60,128 nt of DNA from Octopus bimaculoides. Taxonomy: Eukaryota. The stretch spans positions 34,400,727 through 34,460,854 of the forward strand of contig NC_068994.1 of NCBI RefSeq assembly GCF_001194135.2. The letters run 5' to 3'. The translations under genes and the position numbers were made by a program. The notes under the pieces were generated by a model. It did not search any database and had not been told where the DNA came from. It saw only the letters and a program-made list of their open reading frames with translations. Position 1 is the first letter of the stretch. The number at the start of each line of letters is the position of its first letter. Of the stretch, positions 51,855 through 60,128 are shown piece after piece.

Positions 51855-52380
51855 TGTATGAAACCTAGGGTACGGAACTGTAAACTTAGTTTTCACATAT
51901 ACATACATGTGTATGTGCACACATATATACATGCATACAATCATGCATGTCTGTATACATACACCAATACACACATGCATACACGTGTGTGGGTATTTCT
52001 GTGTATATATGTATATATATACACACACATGTTCATATGTGTGTGCATAAATCTCTCTGTGTGTGCATTTATATGTATGTGTGTATATATATATATACAC
52101 ACACACACATGTACATATGTGTATGCATATACTGGGTGTATATACATGTGTGTATGTATATATGCATGTGCATATACACACACACATATATGTACATATG
52201 TAGATATATATTTGTATGTATGTATGTATATATATATATATATATATGTATATACACACATACACACACACACATACATACATACACATAGAGACATGTT
52301 TATTCACATACCAACCTTTATGTATGTATATATGTACACACAAGCATAGATATGTGTGCATGTGTGTGACAGAGAGAGAG
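51855..52380. repeat. Cryptic TA/CA/TG simple-sequence tract (similar tracts at 41,600-42,110, 58,760-59,270 and 59,660-60,128)
   Basis: Source of the many Y/I/C/V/H/T-rich pseudo-ORFs. Confidence 0.9.
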
Positions 52381-52807
52381 AGAGTGAATCAGTATGTGTT
52401 TGACTGTCCGTATAATCAATATCATCATTATAAATGGTTTTGCAATAGTTCTGTGTCCATTTTCCCTATGCTGGCATGGAATTCTTTGGTCTGTCAAATA
52501 ATATGCTTTCATTTACCTGTCTTTTGGGGGAAAACCAAATTCTCTTTAATCACTCAACCATCAAGCCATCACTCTTTCACTAATATATGTGAGGACACGC
52601 ACACATATGCACAAATGCACACATTATACATATGCCATACTTGACTCTAGCATATACTTACACAAACCATTGAGTTTTAAGATGTACAAAAGGTTTTGTT
52701 GTTATTCTGTATTTTCTTGAAATGTGTGCCTTTTATATATCTATCTTATCAATTTTACTCTCTCATTCTCTCTCTGTCATTATACATATGTATATGTGTG
52801 TGTGTGA

Positions 52808-52841
<34 letters not shown>

Positions 52842-52997
52842 AATTTCTTAGTGTGTGTGTGTCTATACACACACATATGTTCATATATATAATCAATTCC
52901 TCTGTGCAGTATGCATGTGTATATATGTGCGGTGTGTGTGTATATATGTGTATATATATGTGTGTGTGTATAAAAATGTCAGTTCTTTCAATTACAT

Positions 52998-53060
<63 letters not shown>

Positions 53061-53104
53061 TTGTATACATGTGTGACAGAGTCATGGGAATCAATGCAAG
53101 CAAC

Positions 53105-53720
53105 AAAACTGGATACAGCTGTGTGGTTAAGGATTTTACTTTGCAGCCCTGTGTCTTTGGGTTCAGTCCCACTGAATGGCACCTCGTACAAGCCTGCAAG
53201 CATCTTATGAGTGAATCTAGTTGATGGAACCCGTATGGAACCCTGTCATATATATATATATATATATATATGTATATGTATGTATGTATAAGGTTGTTCA
53301 CATCATGAGGATTTAAGAATGTATATACTTTTGAGAGAATATAAAATAATTCTCTTTTGGAATGGTGGATCTTGAAGCAGATGATAAAGCCATAAACAAA
53401 AGCTTGTAAATATTGGATTAAAATCCTTTTGGGGATAAAAAAAGGTTGAAGGTTGCCTGAATATGAATGTGTGTTTATGTGTAATGTTATCTACACACCA
53501 TATGATGGTTGTAAATGAACATCACCTTCATATATGCGAGGTTGCTCCTTTTCAGTTTTCCAAGAAAAACATGTCTTGCTATGAGGAAAATACTACCTTG
53601 TTTAGAAACAGATGAGAGTTGGTGACAGGAAGGCCATAAGCCATAGAAAATCTGCCTCAATAAATTCTGTCTAACCCATGCTAGCATGGTAAAGTGGCAG
53701 TCAAATGATGTTGATGATGA
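53105..53720 (+). mobile_element. Family A head (53,105-53,250) and family D 3' part (53,520-53,720)
   Basis: GCTGTGTGGTTAAGG...GGTTCAGTCCCACT; CCCATGCTAGCATGG...GATGATG. Confidence 0.7.
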
Positions 53721-54249
53721 TACATGTAACTCAGATTATGTTCACCTATGTGTCCACCCACTTGTTTTAGCAATAGCATGTAATTCGATAGAGATTTGGT
53801 TGTTATTTCTTGCTGATCAGATCAAGCCCACCCACCTCCAACCATGTAGAAGTTCCATTGATGGTGTTGGTTGCAATAGTAGCTGATGTGGTAGAAGTGG
53901 AGGTGGTGTAGGTGGTTTTAATGACAACTAGTGATACACCACTAAACTAGTCAGATGAAGTCTATTCCTATCTCAGCTCAGCTGCACATTTTTCAAATAC
54001 CACCAAGATTTGAGCTAAATGGAAGCAAAAGACATTGATAAGAGAATTTGTTTGTTTTTTTTTTGTTTTTTGTTTTTTCGGAACTATTCAAAAACTTGTT
54101 TGTGATAAAAATAAAAAAATCCAAACGTGTGGAGGGATTTAAATCAAAACAACTACCATAAGAAAAAAGTATATGCAAACATCATAAATGTTAATGAGAT
54201 TTGGCAAAAATAAAAAAATAAATAAATAAAATGAAAATGGAATTAAAAG

Positions 54250-54947
54250 TTAGTGAAGCTCTACAAATAATTGCTGTGTGCAGAATCGAAATTTCTTGAA
54301 GTATTTAATCAGGTTCTTTAACATTGTGAGTTCTAATCTTGACGAGGTTGATTTTTATCTATCACCTTCCTTGGTTTGATAGGATGTGATAAGAATCAGT
54401 TAAGTATTGGGGCTAATTTTATTGACTGCGACTTTATGACTTGGTTATAAATTATCATCATCATTATTATTATAATTAATATTATTAGCATTAATATCAA
54501 GGTGGTAAGTTGGCAGAATCATTACTGTGCCAGACAAAAATGCTTAACGGCATTTCTTTTGGCTCTTTATGTTCTGAGTTCAAATTCTGCAGAGGTCAAC
54601 TTTGCCTTTCATCCTTTTGGGGTCGATAAATTAAGTAACAGTTGCATACTGGGGTTGATCTAATCAGCTGGCCGCCTCCCCAAAAATTTTGGGCCTTGAG
54701 TAGGAATAGGTACCTGTTGAACACTGGGGCTGATGTAACTGACTTACCCAACTTCCCCAAAATTGCTGGCCTTGTACCAAAACTTGAAATCATCGTTTTT
54801 GTGCAGAGTTCAAATTTTGCTGAGGTTGAGTTTGCTTTTCATCCTTTTGAGATCAATGAAATTGGTACCAGATACATACTGGGGTTGAGGTAATTGATTA
54901 GCCCCCTCTCCACAAAACTTCAGGCCTTGTGCCTATAGGAGAAAGGA

Positions 54948-54975
<28 letters not shown>
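54250..54975 (+). mobile_element. Head-to-tail array of 3-4 family B SINE copies or fragments with (TTA)n tail
   Basis: GAGTTC(A/T)AA...GAGGT(T/C)...TTTCATCC units at ~54,328, 54,575 and 54,806. Confidence 0.8.
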
Positions 54976-54978
<3 letters not shown>

Positions 54979-55061
54979 TTAAGATGTCACACAGTGTCCA
55001 ATATTGTGATATTGTTGATTGAAGATATTGTGTCTACTGGGTGTTTGAACAGTCTGTCAAG

Positions 55062-55639
55062 TCACAACATGGACCACAAATATTGTATTTTATGCAATAT
55101 GCATGCAGTTCCAAATGATGCTGATTTTTGCAATACACCTAGATTGTAGGATATTTCTAAAGTTTCCAGATGTTTCTTCAGGTTGGGTGGTGGTATTGAA
55201 TCCGATACTCCGATGACAGCAGGGACAAACTTTATGTTTGACTCTTGTAGCTGCCACATCTTGGCGATCTCAATTCTTCGGTCTCCATATTTATCAGTCT
55301 TTTCTGTTTCTTTCATGATAATATGTTAATCTCCTGACACTGCTGCGTTGTTTATTAGACACTCTTGTTTCTCCCTCCTAAAGGTTACTCTTCCATCTCA
55401 TCTGTTTGGGAGTCAAAGTCCCAGAGGATTTTTGCTTTCCCTTTTCGTCCATTACCTTTCTCGGTGTATGTTGGTACCAAGCACCCATTACTTCATAGCC
55501 ATACTTCTGGCATAGTAGCCAGTGAAGGTTTTGGACCACCTTGTCATATCTGCGCTTGTACTCTTTCTACACAAGATTTTCACAAGTACTAGCAATGTGA
55601 GTTACACTTTCGCCCCTTTTTCCACACATTCTGCAGATT
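55062..55639 (-). mobile_element. RLE-bearing non-LTR retrotransposon (R4/Dong-like) 3' end: CCHC zinc knuckle and restriction-like endonuclease
   Basis: CRMCGKRGESVTHIASTC..KEYKRRYDKV..NLHW.LCQKYG...WYQHTP; KILWDF..QTD; KEtEK.DKYGD.RIEIAKMW...VPAVIG...NLKKHLETLEI...LQKSA.FGTA.IL. Contains stops and frameshifts. Confidence 0.9.
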
Positions 55640-56026
55640 TCCTCGTTTTTTTTTTTTTTTATGTTCTAGGCGCAGGAGTGGCTGTGTGGTAAGTAGCTTG
55701 CTTACCAACCGCATGGTTGTTTGAGGATGTTGAACAAAACACTATGTTTCCAGAGGTGAATTATCCAAACCCTCCAAAAATTCCTCTCAACACATGTCTA
55801 TAATGCTCCTCCACTACTTCTGCTCATGATCAAAGATGCACATATCATCAGCATGTCCCTAAGGGACATGTTCAGCCGGCTAAGGTCAAGCAACCGACAA
55901 GCAAATCTGTGTTATTGAGCAGAATATTTTCTGTAATGCAGCTTTTATACCAAGACAAAACAATGTACATGATAGTACTTCCCATGAGAGCTACTGCCTG
56001 GTACTGCATCGGGGCATTTTATCATT

Positions 56027-56077
<51 letters not shown>

Positions 56078-57559
56078 AGCTGTGGATTGGCAGATCCATT
56101 AGGGCATTGGACAAATACCTTCTAATATTTGTTTCAGCTTTTCCTGTTCTGAGTTCAAATCCTGCTGAGATTAACTTTGTCATTCATTCACCATTCTAGA
56201 GTGATAAAATTAGATACCTTTCATATACTAAGGTTTATTTAATATCCCACAAAGTTCAGGCTTTGTGTTGATGCTACAGACAATTATTACTGTTGAGGTT
56301 CCTATGAGGACAAAAAGGGTATCCAACTGTAGAAACCATTCCAAAGTAGATACTGGAGCACAATGCATTACTCAAATCCAGCAGATTCTGTCAAATCATA
56401 AAAGCCATGCCAGCATGGAACCTAGATGCTAAATCATGATAATGAGGATGAGAATCTACAAATGTGTGGAGAGAGAAAGAGAGAGAGAGATAGAGAGAGA
56501 GAAATAAAGAGAAGGGAGAGAGTGATAGGTGTCAAGAAAGAAGTAGTGAAAAAGTTTAAGTTAGGAAGAAGCAAGAATTAGAAGTAAAGATGTCAATAGA
56601 AAAAAGTTGTCATGTGATTATGATGTGATGCTTTGAGTTGTGTGAGTGTGTGTTTATGTTAAGAAATTGTTGGAAGACTGGAGGAAATGGTTTTGATTTT
56701 AGTGGTGTTGATGAATTTGTGCTTTTGGAAAAAAAACAAGAAATTTGCATGTGTGTGTGTTTCTATTTATCTACCTTTCTGTATGCTTGTAAATTTATAA
56801 TTATACATTATTCAGGTCTCTTATATATACACACACACACACACACACACAGAGGCATGAATATATATATATATGCACTCACACACATGTGCGTGCACAC
56901 ACGCACATATGCATACATTTATAGAAGAAAGAAAGAGAGGCAGACAGAAGTAGAGAGGTAAATAGATTAAGCCATAAATGAAGGTATTTATGTGGGTTGT
57001 TTGATGTGTGTGTGTGTGTGTGTGAAGAAATGAAACAAAGTAAGACAATGTGTAACATGGGAATAAAATAAAATAACACAAAAGAATCAAGAATTTATGC
57101 ATCCATATTTGAAATTCTCAAATAACAACAGCAGCGAGAGAGGGGGGAGATGAAGGCTGAGAGAACGAAAGTAGTTAAGAAAAATAAAGAAATATAAAAA
57201 GTGTGAGTAACAGAATGAAAGGAGGAGGAGAGAGATTAAACAAATTTGATATAAAACAATAAATAATTTTGATACCATTGTCATTACAGTACATGTGAGT
57301 GTGTCACTGTATGTGGGGAGCCATACATATCTATCTATCTATCTATCACTTTATCACTGTATGAGTATGTGTGTACCACATATAATTTAACAACTCATTA
57401 TAAAACAGTTCCCAATAAGAATCTCTTCATTATTAAATGCTAACTGTTCTTGTGTCCATAGAACTTGCAATAAATCTACCGTATTAAAGGAACAGAAAAA
57501 TTGATGATTTCACTACAATAATCTATGCTTATATTTATCTGTAATGCTTACATTAGATT

Positions 57560-57920
57560 TGCAACAGCTGTTATTATGGAGTGAGTTCAAATCTCACTGA
57601 GATCGACTTTAGCTTTCACCCCTCTGGCAAACGATAGAATGAATCTAGAACTAGGGTTGAGGGCATCAACTAACAGCAGTCCCTCAATATATGCCTAAAT
57701 CAGAAACAGTATTGTCTGCCAGAATTATTAGCATGCTGGACAAAATGCTTTGTGGCAATTCGTCCATCTTTATGTTCTGAGTTCAAACCCTGCTGAGGTT
57801 AACTTTACCTTTCATCGTTTCTGGGTGGATGAAATAAGTATCGGTTGAGAATGGGGTTGATGTAATCGATTGACTCACTCCCAAAAAATTCCAAGCCTTG
57901 TGCCTTTACTAGAAAGGCTT

Positions 57921-57955
<35 letters not shown>

Positions 57956-58380
57956 GGTGAGCTGGCAGAATCCTTAGCACACCGGACAAAAGAGTTAGCA
58001 GCATTTCATCCATCCTTACATTCTGAGTTCAAATTCTGCCAAGGTCAACTTTGCCTTTCATCCTTTCGGGGATCGATGAAATAAGTACCAGTTATATTCA
58101 CTGGGGTTGATGTAATTGACTAGTCCCTTCCCACCAAATCTCAGGCCTTGTGCCGATAGTAGAAAAGATTATTATTATTATTTTTATTTGATTGGTGGAT
58201 TGACAGAACTGTTTGAGCAATGAGCAGAATGCCTTGCTATATTTCATAATGGATTATGGATGTTTATCTTCTGAGTTCAAATCCAATCCAGATCAACTTT
58301 GCCTTTCAGCCTTCAAGACCATTAAAATAAAGTACCAGTTATATACTAAGGTTAATGGTTTCAACTAAACCATATCCACA
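57560..58380 (+). mobile_element. Head-to-tail array of four family B SINEs separated by (ATC)n/(ATT)n tails
   Basis: GAGTTCAAA units at ~57,583, 57,779, 58,025 and 58,274. Confidence 0.85.
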
Positions 58381-58791
58381 TACCTGCTGGATTTGTGTCT
58401 AATTCAGAAACCATTTTTTTTTACCAAAGATAGTTACTCCTTTTGTTTTGGGGTTTGCATATGCAAGGTTTTATTCGATATATTTTTGGTCATTTCTTGT
58501 GATGTTTCGTTTCTTTATTTTGTTTTACTTATTTTATTTGTTTATTTGCTGTTCTTAATTTATTGTTGTTCTTATTGTTGAGATTCGAAATGGAGAAATA
58601 CTTCTGTTATATTGATTTTCCCTGTATGTGTGTGCACACACGTACACATACATTTATGTCTTTTCCTCTTTTACTGCTTTCAACCCAAAGGGATATGGCC
58701 ATGCTATAGCACCACTGTTGCTGTTGTTACAATTTCAACAGTCCTTTTTTCTGTAGTTGGTTGCATGCATATTTTTGCATATGTATGCACA

Positions 58792-58825
<34 letters not shown>

Positions 58826-59168
58826 TATCCTTGCACATACGATGATATGCATTCATAGCTGTTTGCGTCACCATATGCATGTCTATACACACATGCACAC
58901 ATTTATGTTCATACATATGAAGACACGTAATCATAGATGCATACACATCCATATACATATGCACACATTAACACATATATTTATATGCATATGTATGATG
59001 AAACACACTCATAGATGCTTGCATATCTATGCATACATACACACATTAATGCGATACATATTATGAAACATTCCTAAATCCTTGCATGCACACACACACA
59101 TAAACATATGCATATTCATGCACATATATATGATGAAGCACACTCATAAATGCTTGAGGATCCATATG

Positions 59169-59221
<53 letters not shown>

Positions 59222-59661
59222 CATGCACATGCATGTATTTCACACATACCAAACATGTATTCACATATACAGGAACAAAACATGTGAACAGAACATTTTA
59301 AAGGTAAAAATGAAAATAATCACAGAAATATGGTAGCTAGGTAGTAAAATGGGAANNNNNNNNNNNNNNNNNNNNNNNNNNNNNNNNNNNNNNNNNNNNN
59401 NNNNNNNNNNNNNNNNNNNNNNNNNNNNNNNNNNNNNNNNNNNNNNNNNNNNNNNNNNNNNNNNNNNNNNNNNNNNNNNNNNNNNNNNNNNNNNNNNNNN
59501 NNNNNNNNNNNNNNNNNNNNNNNNNNNNNNNNNNNNNNNNNNNNNNNNNNNNNNNNNNNNNNNNNNNNNNNNNNNNNNNNNNNNNNNNNNNNNNNNNNNN
59601 NNNNNNNNNNNNNNNNNNNNNNNNNNNNNNNNNNNNNNNNNNNNNNNNNNNNNNNNNNNNN

Positions 59662-59712
<51 letters not shown>

Positions 59713-59773
59713 ACACATATTCATTCATTCATTCATTAATGTGTGAGAGCATGTGTGTGTGCATGTATGTATA

Positions 59774-59804
<31 letters not shown>

Positions 59805-59937
59805 GTTTGAGAGAGAGAGAGAGAAAGATTCAGATGTATAACATACATATGTAATTATGTGCATGTGTATATATATGTAATTGTGTGCGTATGTGTATAT
59901 ATGTATATATATATATGTATGTATATATGTATGTATG

Positions 59938-60007
<70 letters not shown>

Positions 60008-60128
60008 TATATGTATATATATGTATGTATATATATATATATGTGTATATAAATAAATAAATATATATATATATACACAGATATACATACATATATATAT
60101 ATATATATGTATGTATATATATATATAT

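Noticed and set aside
1-60128. CRISPR array, rRNA, telomeric array or intact transposon ORF
   Set aside because: None seen; all retroelement ORFs carry stops or frameshifts.

Overview
AT-rich, repeat-saturated eukaryotic DNA with 12 assembly gaps and dense (TA)n/(CA)n/(GATA)n/trinucleotide microsatellites. The SINE repertoire and composition suggest an octopus (coleoid cephalopod) genome; this is inference from recalled repeat consensus sequences, not a database search. No recognisable host protein-coding gene was found. Nearly all ORF-track entries come from microsatellites, N-runs or SINEs. Protein homology is limited to decayed retroelements: two Penelope-like (PLE) RT copies back to back at 9.7-11.9 kb (one with a GIY-YIG endonuclease), an RLE-type R4/Dong-like LINE 3' end at 55.1-55.6 kb, and RTE LINE 3' ends. 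Other features are a mariner-type MITE, a tRNA-Thr(TGT)-like sequence and several tRNA-derived SINE families, some in head-to-tail arrays. The most striking unexplained structure is a ~660 bp fold-back element at 39,246-39,904. Each ~310 bp arm carries a minimal hammerhead ribozyme motif pointing outward from the centre, and a third hammerhead of the same family lies ~400 bp upstream. Coordinates of decayed repeats are approximate.
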